From Chrysomallon squamiferum (taxonomy: Eukaryota; Animalia; Mollusca), in NCBI GenBank assembly GCA_012295275.1, contig CM022677.1, positions 23,250,001 through 23,314,000 of the forward strand: a DNA stretch of 64,000 bases. The letters are read 5' to 3'. The notes beneath the pieces are model-generated. The model did not search any database. It saw only the letters and a program-made list of their open reading frames with translations, and had not been told where the DNA came from. Shown piece by piece: positions 27,992-64,000 of the stretch. Positions within the stretch are counted from its first letter, which is position 1; each line of letters begins with the position of its first letter. A program made the translations under genes and the position numbers.

Positions 27992-28390
27992 GCTTTGCCG
28001 ACGTTGTTATTGTTGTTGCTGCTGCTGCTATTAAATTTACTAGAACTAATACCTGTACTGCTACAACAACAAAAATGCTGCTACTGATGATACTACCATT
28101 AATTCAACAGTTCTACCGCAACTACTACGTCTCCTACTACTCTTACTACCTGATTAAAAATAAATAATTTTCTCTACTTTATTAATTTCTTTTTTTCGAT
28201 ATGTTTCTAACTGAATTTCTGAAATCATTTTTAGCTAGAGCGAAAGCATGCACAGTTAACTTAAACTAGTATTAAGTATGATGATACCTACAGATTATAT
28301 GACGACTATTAATATGACTTCAATGACTACTTCTACTGCTGCAGTACCAATACTAATTCTATTATTATGTATACAAAGTTTCGGTTTTGT

Positions 28391-28687
<297 letters not shown>

Positions 28688-28830
28688 TTTTGCGGATAAC
28701 GTTGTCATAGAAAACCTGTTAAACGAGCTACGCCACGCATTTCTAAGCTGCTATTAATATTTGTATGTGTACACACACACACGCACACACGCACACACAC
28801 ACGTTACACACAAACACACACACACAAGAC

Positions 28831-29061
28831 CAGGGTTGGATTTTACCGCCCCCTCCTCAAGGTTCAAGTCCCCCCCACCCTTCCCACTTAGTTTATATAA
28901 TATGAATGGTTATAACTTATGATCTAGTCGAAAGCAAAAACATGGTTTTACATTTACATAATGATTTATTTATAAATCAAATGTGAAAATACAAACTTAT
29001 GTAACATAAACTGCCGCCCTAGGCACTAGCGTAGAAAGCCTCTATGGGAAATCCGGCCCTG
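28831..29061. mobile_element. Short non-autonomous DNA transposon (MITE, hAT-like ends)
   Basis: 13-bp terminal inverted repeats CAGGGTTGGATTT and AAATCCGGCCCTG (11/13 match), GC-rich subterminal GCCGCCCTAGGCA, inserted in a CA tract; target-site duplication imperfect. Confidence 0.65.
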
Positions 29062-29083
29062 CACACAACTAACTACACGCACA

Positions 29084-29127
<44 letters not shown>

Positions 29128-29513
29128 CACGCATGCAAGTATGCAAAGGATCTTAGTGACAACAGAAACCAGATGACACCACACTTGGATTAATCTTGTT
29201 TAGCAGCAAAGTATATTTTATAATTATCATTTTTTTTTAAATCATTATTATTATTATTATTATTAATATTATTATTATTATTTATTTATTTATTTGTTTT
29301 ATTATTATTATTGTATAAAACCAGTCACTTGTACCTAATAATATTACACTCCCAAAACAGAAAGTTCTTGGCGTAAACATTTAAACACATTTTTTTTGTA
29401 CCCTCGTCAGATCTTATCCTCACTATATAATCATCCCTTTCCCCCTTCCCAGTTCACGCCTAGAGCCCCCCGTCTGCTACGCTCGAGATAATAAATTTCA
29501 CGGAAGGCCGCGC

Positions 29514-30279
29514 TGACCTGACCTGGCTAAATCTTGTTAATCATGGATTGCAATCATAACCCAGTCAACTCTGCCGTGACCCGTTTTCGTGTAGCTTCCA
29601 GTTCCGACTCGCAGCGTAGACGCACGCAAAAACTGACCTCTGGTCCTCACAGCGGTGGAGATTTTTTTTTTTTTTTTTTTTTTTTTGCAGTGACCAGAAC
29701 CCAACTAAAACATGGAGGAAGAGAGGAATAAATGGACAGAGGAGAAAACGAAGAAGCAGAAAGAGCGAAGAACAAAAAAGGTAGGTTAAACGATGTTTGC
29801 GTACGTGCGTCGTACTAGTTAAACCATTATTGGTTATTGTAATATTTTATTTTTTTGTTGTTGTTTTTTTTTTGTTATTGTTACTGTATTTTTTTTACGT
29901 CAGCCTTCTACCTGACCTAAGATTAAAAACAACCTGAAAAGACTGTTAAAATTATTTACCAAGATATTACTATCTGTTTAAAAAAGATTGTGATATAAAT
30001 CATTAGGTCATGCTATTTGGAACATTACATCTATGCTTAAGGCAGGCGGTGTAACCTGGTAACATACATTTTCTAGAAATCAGGGTTACTGGATGTTCTA
30101 GGTCATATTCCCTTTCTGCTGATAAAAAACTGAACGTTTGTTTGGCTTGTTTACATTTCTAAATTTTTCGTTTTTTAAATCATGCGTATTGTATGATTCA
30201 TCTAATTTTCTTACCCTCTTTTATGGTTTTACATTAAATTGTTTTAAAAAATAAAAATCAACATAATAATATAAATAAA

Positions 30280-30311
<32 letters not shown>

Positions 30312-30593
30312 ATAATAATAAAATAGGATAAAAAAGCAAAATAATAATTAAAAAATGCAACCAAATAATAAATAAAATAAATAAATAAATAAATAAATAA
30401 ATAAATGAAAGAACGTCTGCGAGGGTTTAAAAACTGTCAAAAGCGGTCGTTAAAATAAAATCTCTCTCTTCCTCTTCTCATCTGCCTGCAACATATTTAT
30501 GTATATTAAGTACGTATACACATACACACACACAAACACGCACAACACACATACACACATGATAGACACAACGAGGTTAGGTCGCAATGACCT
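29514..30593. promoter_or_regulatory. Cluster of nuclear-receptor half-sites upstream of HR3
   Basis: AGGTCA/TGACCT at 29514, 29519, 29634, 29913, 30005, 30100 and 30588; IR3 palindrome AGGTCGcaaTGACCT at 30579-30593. Confidence 0.5.
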
Positions 30594-30743
30594 AGACTCA
30601 TACTAATTAACTCTTTGCGCGTGTTCCATTTCACTAAACATCTAGGTTTCTGATACAGATACCGCAGGGACAACACTAAGGTGGAGTGACCCGTCTGTGA
30701 AGGTGCGGTAACAAAGACACTAAACAATAACAACAGCAGTAAC

Positions 30744-30794
<51 letters not shown>

Positions 30795-32293
30795 TATAAT
30801 AACTGTACAGAGATATGAAGATTATCGTTATAAAATTAACTAATATCTGTACAGACATCAAAATATTGTTACAAAATGAATTATTTTGTACAAAGCGACA
30901 TAAAAAATATTTATCAAATTACAACTAATATTTGAACAACGGACATAACAAAAGATGATAATATTATGGAATTAACTAATATTTTTACAAAGCGTCATAA
31001 AAAAAAAATTTGATCTAAAATAACTAATGTATGTACAAAAAGATATCAAAAATATTGTTATAAAGTTAACCTAATATTTGTACAATTATATATCAAGTAT
31101 TATAAAATTAACAAAAACAACAACAAAAAAGAAAAAAAAAAAAATTAAAAAATTAAAAATTAAAATTAAAAATTAAAAAAAATTAAAATTAATAATAAAA
31201 AAATAAACAAAAATAATAAAAGAAAAAAAAAAAAATAAAATAAAAAAAATAATAAAAATTAAATAGATAGATAGATAAATAATAATAAAAAAAAAAAAAT
31301 TATAATTAAAAAATTAAAAAATTTTCTTTTTATATTATTTTTAGTTACAATTTTGTAACTGTACAAGAGAGAGAGAGTCAGCTGTCGGAACGCCGTGGAG
31401 AATTAAAATAACAAACACAGCAATCTGTCATTCAGTAAATTCATTGCAGAAATCACTCAGCTATTGCAGACGTTCGTCGCTCGCTCAAGCAGAATCGGTT
31501 TTTTGTTAGTTTTTTGTTTGTTTATTTATTTTTTTTTTTTTTTTTTTTTTTTTATATGTTAGCGGATGCGTTAGAAGATAACCATGTTTATCTTAAATCA
31601 AGTATTATGCCAACTGGTTGTTTTATCGAGATTACTACTACTACCACTACAACAACAACAACTGCAACACTACTATTCAGCTACAATTATTAAGAATACT
31701 GCTATCTTACTTTTACTATATTTACTGCTAATATTGTTATTAATACACCCACTACTGTTCCTGCTTTAGTATGAATGTCACAAACGGGAGTTGATCCTAC
31801 TACGTACAAAACTCAGCGCCGATACTTCTGTTGATCTGTTATAATACTGCTATGTGGCTGCTACTGTTTTTACTAAGTACTAGTAACATTACTATACATA
31901 CTACAGCCACTCTTACTATCATCCCTGCTGCAATGCTATAATATATATTAAAACTGCAGTTACTTCATTTCACGGATTTGTTTGCAGCAACACAGCGTTT
32001 GCCCTTGTTACTAATAAAACTGCGGTAGTTTGGTTATAAGTATTAGTAATTGTATTAATAATGGTAATCTAGTGATAGTGATAGTAGTAGCAGAATTAAT
32101 AATTATAATAATATTTAGCCATATCTGTGGCAGAAAAATAAATATTAATAATTTTCACATTTTATTAGCTTTGATTTGGGGACCCTCACGGAAGGGTAAC
32201 CCAGTAGTGACGCATATTTATTTGACAATATTTAGATTCTGTGAGAAGCTATGACGTCAAATTTATTATATTAATATTAATGAACTTTTCTCT

Positions 32294-32326
<33 letters not shown>

Positions 32327-32916
32327 ACAAAAAGTAATGAAATAGTTACCTTGTTTATATTGTTACGTTTCGTTGGTCCAGTAAAATGACATTTAACATT
32401 TAAATTTCAAACTGATTGTTATTTCTCACTTTTGTATTTTATCTACATTAAAAGGATTTAATTTTTTATTTCGCGCGTAACAAAATACGATTACTTTCTC
32501 CTATTGTCTCAAATTTAGGTTGGGAAACCCTCCAATTTGTAATTCCCGGTCCCTAAGAGCGCCTCTCTTCGACGTCACCAATAAAGTAGGTCGGGCAACC
32601 CTGTGTAACTACGCAGAGGTTCATCATGTAGTTCTATTATATATCAAAGTATGCAATTACTCCCATTCAAGTTTAAAACTGTTTAGATTGTAGAATATAT
32701 TAATGGCATGCATTGCTTGAATGCAACTGAAAGTTTAATTTTGATCGCTCTTTAAAAGTATCTACCTGCGCAATGTTATCATTTTAAATGTAATACGGTT
32801 CCTTGCACAAGTAGTGCGAGGTTATTTTTATCTCGTTCTTATGGTTCCGTTTGGACGAAATTATTGTCCTACTTTTGGGTGAATCTAGGCTAATATACGA
32901 ATGTAGAAGAGAAACA

Positions 32917-55684
<22,768 letters not shown>

Positions 55685-58206
55685 AAAAAAGGACAACATG
55701 GTGGTTTTTAATTCGTGGAAAAAAAAAAAAACATCGACATTTCTTTATGGTTTTAATTTACATACATTATTAAAATGAATACAAGAGTGAAGTATTTTAT
55801 GTGCTAGACAACCTTCTATAAACAAAAGTAAAAATTTTCCAGATTTGATTGAGAGTGTTGATGTAAAGAAAAACAAAGATACTGTGTTCTAAAGAACTGT
55901 CTTCATTTAAACATGCTGCATGTGACGTTAGACAGCAAACTTTAGAAATCAGATTACAAACACAACAAAATGCTATGTTCTAAGCAACTGTCTTTATAAC
56001 AAAGAACACAACTGTTTGAGGATTGAAAAGAAATATTTTGACATTCATCGTGGATATGAAAAGGACAACATGCTTACTTATTATATACGTTCAGGACAAG
56101 GAGAACTTATTTTTTATTTACAGAATGAAAAATATATGGTGGTTTGTTCTTGGAGTACCTTTCTTTTTTTAAATTTTTTATTTTATTAAAAATGTTATCA
56201 ATATAATAAACTGTGCAGGTTTAATTTTCTCCATTTTATGCATGGACGTTTAAAAAGAGTGTTCACTACAGAAGCAGATATTTTTGTTTTTATTTTTATA
56301 TATAATATCTGCTGGATTTGAAAACACAGACGATGTTCATAGACTAAAAATTACCTGAATATAATGCACTGGATTTCAATTGTTTTTTAACAGAAATATT
56401 TTTTTTTTTTTTCCCCTTTAATAGAAGACCAGAACTTTTGGTTGTAGGTGGTTTGTACATAGATTTACATAATGTGCTACTCAGTTACCATGGAGTCGTG
56501 TTAATTTACATAACAATTGGTTGGTGCTGTTTCCATGGATACGGCTGAGTGTTTTGTTGTTGTTGTTGGATTTTTTTTTTATAACATGGTGAATAAGAAA
56601 GAAGAAGAAGCAAAAAAATACATAAATAAATAAATAAATAAATAAATAAAATAATAATAATAATGTTTTATATTTTATTCCAGGAGTGTAATTTGATGAT
56701 TGTTAATGGAAAAATTTTAGCTTGGGATATTAAAAATAGAATTTTTTTTTTTTTTCAAGTTTTATTTTTCTTACTCTTGTTCTAAAACAATGGCAGCTGT
56801 GAGAAGTGGTTAACACTTTCAAGTGCATGAATTATTACAGTTATTATTACAATAAAAATACAGTTGTGATTCATATTTATGTGCAGGGAGACATATTTTT
56901 ACACAAATAGAAGAAATTAATAGTTGAAAGAAAAAACTCAAATAGCTCGTTTCTGCTGTTTAAATTTATAACGATTGCCATATTCTTTTCCTCCACTTGT
57001 CAAAGAGAAGACATGTAGAATCATCCACATTTTAACCTTTATTTTAATTATTTGGTTGAAAAAGAGAGTGAAATATCACCATAAACTCCCCTTCAAGTAG
57101 GATAGTTACTCGCAGAATCATTTATCATTATTTTATCGTAACAACATAACTAACATGTTTGCTTTTATAATACATACACTGTTCAAGATTTGGTGGAAAC
57201 AAATGACCAAGTACATTTTGTATTCTTACTTCTGTGTCATTTAGTGTTTGATTGTTTACTTACAACAAATATATCAAGTTCTTGTAACTGTTTCGTACCT
57301 GACAACCAACTAGTTAATGATAAATGTAATGATGATGAAACAAAGATTTTATGATTGTTTGTATTAATTCTGATGACGACAAATCTCTATCTAATAATGA
57401 TTAATAATTGCAACGTTTTTCATTTATGTAAATGACAGCCAACCTTCCAAATGACAATATGAGGGAGGGGAGGTTTGTATTTCCATTTTATGATGGCATT
57501 TTGAACAGATAAGAATTTTTTTTAAAAAGATAAAAAAGATTGTTGCAGTTTTTAAATATTTATTAATATACGATTAAATGTCAAACTTATAAATGTTGAA
57601 AATGTGTCACCAATCACAACTAAAATTGTAACTTGAATGCAGTATATAAAATATATTTATCAAAAGTACTCTTTCAATTGTAGACTGGTTCTATACTGAC
57701 TGTATACATTGGTTTTCTTTAAGCTTTTTTCTCTTTGTTATATTTCTGTTTTTTAAATTATATATACTTTAAATTATGTTGCATTTATAAAAATATAACC
57801 AATGCTAATTTTTTCCTAAATAAATTCTGTTTAGGAATGAAGTGTCAATATTCTTTTTGTACTTATGTCTATAAACAGTGTATTTTATTTTTACTTTTTT
57901 AAACCTGAATTTTAAATCAGTTTTATGAGTGAGTACTAAATATTAAATTATTTATGAATAGATTAAATTTTAAAATTATTATTGCTTTTTTTTTTTGTTT
58001 GTTAATGTTTTGTTTTTCTGACTTATTTTTTATATCAGTTGTTAATAGTTATTAAAACATTTTAATACTGAAAATAAGAATTAAACAAAAATTGTAATCT
58101 ATTTCACATTATGTGTTAAAAAGATTCATTCAGAACAAAGGTAGAAGTGAGTATGTGTGTTTCTAAAAAAGTTAAAAATATCATTATACACAACTGATCT
58201 ACTCAG

Positions 58207-58259
<53 letters not shown>

Positions 58260-58749
58260 GTATATGCTGAAAAAAATCACATAGATAAAAAATATTAAAG
58301 TTAGATAATCCTTATTTTTTTATTATTTTTTTTTATTACTATTTTTATTTTGTTCAATGGCGGTGGAAGAATTATCACATACATTTGTCTCTGTCATTTT
58401 TATAATTTTTATTTTCTCCATCTCAGTAATTTTTGTCTCATTTTAATAATGTTTGTGCTGGATTTAGCATAACTGAAAAATAATCTCGTATTAATCTTTT
58501 TTAAAAAGGAATTTTTGTATTATTAATGTTTCACATGTGTCATAACCATGGTAATATAACAAGCATATGTAAGTATATCCATGGTGTATTGTATAGTATA
58601 TGAATATAAAATTATTTAGTTACTGTACAGATTTTTTTGTTGAGATACACAGAAAACTTAATTTTCATGCATTGTACAAACTCTTGTTGTTATTCATGCT
58701 GTCTGTGTATGCATGTGCATGTGTTTTTTCATGTGCATGTGGGACTTTT

Positions 58750-58787
<38 letters not shown>

Positions 58788-59711
58788 AGTATGTGCATAT
58801 TTCACTATGTTCTAGCTATTCCAGAATATTACTGAAACTGATCATTTTAAGAGTAGCTCTATTGTTTTACACAGCTATGCACTGTAATGTATGAAGTAAG
58901 CATTTTCAGTAATAAATATCCATAATATTGTCTAAACAGTTCTAATCTTTTAGGGGAATTATTCTAAATAAATTTTGTATAACCTTTATTTATTAAATCT
59001 TTCTTTATTATTTTTAAAAAAATGTTTAATATTTATTTATTTTTATTTTTATTTTTTTTTAAGTTCTGCCTTTTCCTATTTTGGAAATGATTTAATTTTT
59101 CTTTAAGGAAAGATACTGTATATTCTTTTTTATTTATTATTTTTTTTTGGTTATTACTTTTTTTTATATTCTTGTTTCAGTGATGAATGACTATATTTTG
59201 TGCAGTTTTCAAACTGTTTCTTTACATTTAAATGGATGATTAATTAAACATTAGTTCAGTATCAGTATAATTTATGTAAGGAAAAAATAACTGCTACTAC
59301 TCCACTATGGGTTACTCCTGATTAGCAGCAACATTTTTGTTAAATAGTGTTTCTCATGAACAGGAAAATATACCACTGGACCTTTTATCTTCATATGAGT
59401 GGCTGGGCACAGGCTTGAATGTGAAATCACGTGACTCTACTAGCAGTACTTCAGAACTGAAGTTCTGTGCTAATAAATGTATACTTTTGGCACTTTCTTT
59501 ATGTAGATTTTATTTCAATGTTGAAAATTGTATTTCTTAGGAAATTCTTCATTTTTCATTATCTAAAAGTAATTTGGAATGGTCTGTGTATTTGTACAAG
59601 TTTTAGAGCACAAATGAAATCATTGTTACCTGTACATTCCTACAAAGTTTTCATTAGCGGGGTTTGGTGGGGTTCATGGAGTTAATACTAATACAATTGT
59701 TCCAGATCTGA

Positions 59712-59770
<59 letters not shown>

Positions 59771-62700
59771 CACACACAAACTCATACACAGTCACACGCA
59801 CACATACACACATTCATTCATTCTCTGATAGACCTTCTCTTAAATTACACAGTTGTTTGTCTTTATTATTTGTAATACTGAATAAGATGATTGCAGAATG
59901 ATAAGAATATCTGTATTTTAATAATGCTGGAATGATATAGAAATTGATATACAAACAACTACACACACATTATATTTAAATTAATGCTTGAATCAGAAAG
60001 TTGGTCTGGAGTCACTGAGGTAACTTACCTGGTACAGTAAAGAGTTTTATTACAAAGAAAACAAAGAATCCTTGGGATTGAAACTTGAAGTGTAATCATA
60101 TCTGGAACAGTCCCAGTGCCTTTAAATGCAATCAGGACTAATTTGGTCTTAATTTTATTTTTTAACAATCATACTTTGACATTTTAATTGTATATACTGC
60201 CTTTCATTTGTATCATATAGATAATTATATATACATACTCATATCATCTCAGAACTGACCGTTATTTTGTTAAACTGTGCTGGTCATTTATGTGCACAAT
60301 ACAGATAAGTAAAATGTCACTAAAAAGTGAGATAAAGAAAATTATATTTTATGAGAATTCATATTTAATAATATTAAACAAATCCTTTTTTTTTTCTGTT
60401 TTTTTTTTTTTAAATTTTCTACTGAAAACTAAAATTGTAAATAACCTTAAAAACACATTTTAAATTATATAGTGTTTTATGTTGAATTACCTCTTTTAAG
60501 AAAGTATATTTCACCTTTACTGTAGAAATGGCAGTATTAATATTTATGTTTTTTTTTCACAAATGGAAAAAGTAATATTATTTACTCAATTGTACAATAG
60601 ACCAGTTAAAGAAACATTGTATTATACATATGTATGTACATAATAACATTCATTGAAATTCTGCAGTTGAAATCTCTGTATAGGAGTACAGTATAAACAA
60701 AAATGTTATCTACTCATCTACACAGTAGTGTTGTTAATTAGACTGATACCCCAAATAACCTGAGAGAAATGAGCAATCACCATTTTGTTAGCAAGTTGAT
60801 GCAGAATCTAATTATCCACATTTTATTACAATGTGGTTTGTTTATTTATCAATTACTGATAATGATATAGAATATATATATAAAATATGAAGTAATGTGT
60901 CAGTTTGTGTCAATAGGTTGATGTAAAACTGACTCTATATTATCAATATAATTATCACAAAGAAAACAGATTATATATTAGACTGATGTAGAACTCATCA
61001 GTTAGTGTTAGTGTGTTGATGGAGAATGTGACTGATAGTCTGTTGATTCAGAATGTACAGAAATTATCAACATAATCTCATAGTTATATCACTGTTAGCA
61101 TGTAAACTTACGAGGGATTTGTATAATGTAATATTAACTGGTATATACAAAATAATACTAAATACTAACAAATAAAAATTATTGTTTCCTGTAGAATTTT
61201 TGCAAATCCAAATTGCGGAAAGCTTTCATTTTCTCATTTCAAATAAGTATTATTGCAAAATAAGTTAAAACCAATTTATTTCATTTCAGTCTGCTGGAAT
61301 AGATATTAGTGTACAAATTAACAAATACTGATGTAAAAATAACATAATTACTTCTAACTGCAAAACTTATGCAGAATTTTGCCATTTTTATATCTACTCC
61401 AATTATTAATTTGACAAATTATTTCAACTGATAAAAACTAAAATTTTATTATTATTATTATTATTATTATTACTAGACAATATTGGCCTTAAGCTGATGT
61501 TAATTTGTTGGTAAAAGATTTTAGTATTATTCATTTAACTAAATAAATTAACGATATTTTTGAATTATGTAAAAACTAATATAATCTGTAGTAGTAGTTG
61601 CAGTAGAACGTCAATAATAATAATGATAATAATAATACTAAATATATACTAATATGTATAATTGCAGTAGAAATGTCATTAATAATAATACAAATACACA
61701 TACACCAATAGTAAATTAGCTACTAACAGAATAAAGTTATTTCAGCAGCAAAATTGAAATTTGCTAAATAATTTTATTTAGTCATTCTTAATAATAATAA
61801 ATAACATCATTTATTTATATAATGTAACGTTACTTTACATACATTAAATAAATATATTTAAAGTTATATTACATAAACAGATCTGGAACTGTTCTTAAAT
61901 ATGTTGGAAACTGTATTTATTAATGCTGTATAACATACATAAATTAAACATAATAAAAAGTATTAATCAGTACTTAATAATGCTGTATAACACAAAAATT
62001 GCATTTAAGTCTGGAAATGGCAGACAAATGCTAGAAATTGAGTTTTAATCCATGATGGTGAAGAATAAAATTCAGTATGTAACGGTAACATTTCTTATAA
62101 GACCTTTTTCTATTTGGTTTCAAGCAAAATGGACTGTTTTGATAGATGATCATAATCTGAAGCAAATTCTGCTCTGCAAAAGATGCAGTTTATTTTAAAG
62201 CAATTTAATGCCTTCAGTTTCTAGTGTTCGTAATGTATGATAGGATAATTTATAATATTTGGGTAAGATGTAAATGTTACAAAATGTCTGCTAAACATAT
62301 AATGTTAAATACATTCTCAGTATAAACATTAAAAGTGGAAATTTAGACTTCATAAGTGACACAAAATGTGTGACAGGAAGAAAAAGCAGCGTGTTATTGA
62401 TTACAACATTTTATCAAAGAGATGTTCTGATTGGTGTAGAAATCTTTAATTTTTATAACCCTCATTACCATTAGTTGACATTTCATAACCTTTATTCCAT
62501 GGTAATTCATTTGCAATAATATATGTTAAGCAGAATAATTGTTAATGTTTTCTCTATTGTTGATATATTCTCTAACCTATGTATGGCATATGTAATGTAT
62601 ATTTGTTTACTACTGTGTGCAGGTGAATGGACATACAGCTGTTGATACGGCAAATTTTAATGTCCAATATAAATAATAAAATTTTGTTAGCAAAATCTGA

Positions 62701-63092
62701 AATCAATAAATTTTTGTCTATGCATCTATAGATTGACTAGTTTTTGTTTTCCTTTTCTTTTTCTCGTGTGATTTGTTGTAAGAATTTTCTTGACACTTTT
62801 TCACATTCATTATTCTATTTTTATTTTTATTTTATTGTAATTTGTTTATTTATTTTGTTTGTTCATTCGTGTTAGTTCTTTTTTTTCTTTATATAAATTA
62901 TTCTTTTTTTTTTTTTTTTAATCTGTTTTATTACTTTTATGACTTTTATGATGTGTATACAGCTTCTCTGATTATAACTAGTTGAAATATAGATAGCAAA
63001 ATAAATAAATAAATGATAATAATAATAATGGCATACCCGTAAATGATAAAATTATAATCTGTACTTGTTGAGTAAATTTCATCTTGAAATCA

Positions 63093-63224
63093 TTTTTATA
63101 ACCGAGATCCAATAACTCTAGACATATTATAATAATCATCTGAGTCTATTAGGTAACCCTTTTTATAACAGAGATCCAACAACTCTAGATATATCATAAT
63201 AATCATCTGAGTCTACTGGGTAAC
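63093..63224. repeat. About 68-bp tandem duplication
   Basis: tttttataac.gagatccaa.aactctaga.atat.ataataatcatctgagtcta.t.ggtaac occurs twice. Confidence 0.85.
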
Positions 63225-64000
63225 AGCTCTCAACTTTTTTGTGTTTCCTCTTTTATTGTTACAGAGCAGCAGGTTGGACCCTTTGAGGTAGGCAGTCTGA
63301 AACAATGTTCCGCAGTTAGTTTACTGAAAGATTATCTATATGATACATTTGAGTAAATCCAACTTAAAATGTATCTTTTGTGCTTGTTATCTTAAACCAT
63401 ACCCAATTATTCATGATGCCATTCATTTCTACGCAACAATAAACACATTATAAGCAGTTTCAGCTAAAGATGGTGTGAAGTACAGAAAACAACTGGCTAG
63501 GTACGATAATACTTTAATGGAATGGACAATGGAAGAGCTCAGAGCTACTGTAAACAATCTGAAGATGTGAAAGACATCTTTGATACGATTTAGAATATCT
63601 GCAGCTGAGCATGATGGAACTGATGGCCCTAATTAATTAACTGCTATAATGGGTGAAATTTGCAAAGAATCTGTTTTATAATAAATACCTGACAGATAAA
63701 GATGTGTTTATAATATTTTTAAATGTTATTTAGGTGTTTTTCACATTTATAATAACTGTTTCAAAATGTCCTAGTTCTAACATAACCGCGACATCGGGCA
63801 CATTTCAGTAGTAATCAACATTATTTTAGGTGAAACGTTTCACTGATGATATACTTGTCATAACTAAATTGGAGAAAAAAACTCAAAGAATGTGCTTCTC
63901 TTTCATCCCAATGAGAAACCTTGAACTTCGCAACAACATTGACCATGTGATGCAGTTAAAAAAAAACCCCAAAACAACCAAACAAACAAATAAATATTAA

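Overview
AT-rich, microsatellite-dense animal genomic DNA (invertebrate, plausibly a mollusc or other lophotrochozoan; inferred, not proven). It holds three spliced protein-coding genes, reconstructed by hand from GT-AG junctions. (1) On the minus strand, the 5' part of an unidentified large Ser-rich protein gene with a 3.66-kb exon, running off the left edge. (2) Head-to-head with it, a complete cyclin H gene (16919-22887). (3) An HR3/ROR (NR1F) nuclear receptor gene (about 32917-55684). Introns carry several minisatellites, and a small MITE lies upstream of HR3. Most notable: tandem duplications that repeatedly copy splice sites (an in-frame triplicated acceptor and an exon-end-derived array in cyclin H, a duplicated acceptor in HR3); a modular all-phase-1 HR3 N-terminus with candidate 30-nt and 9-nt microexons; and dense ROREs, other nuclear-receptor elements and E-box/D-box/CRE motifs around HR3, suggesting autoregulation or clock wiring. 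Several single-base frame breaks in otherwise intact exons are most likely assembly indel errors.
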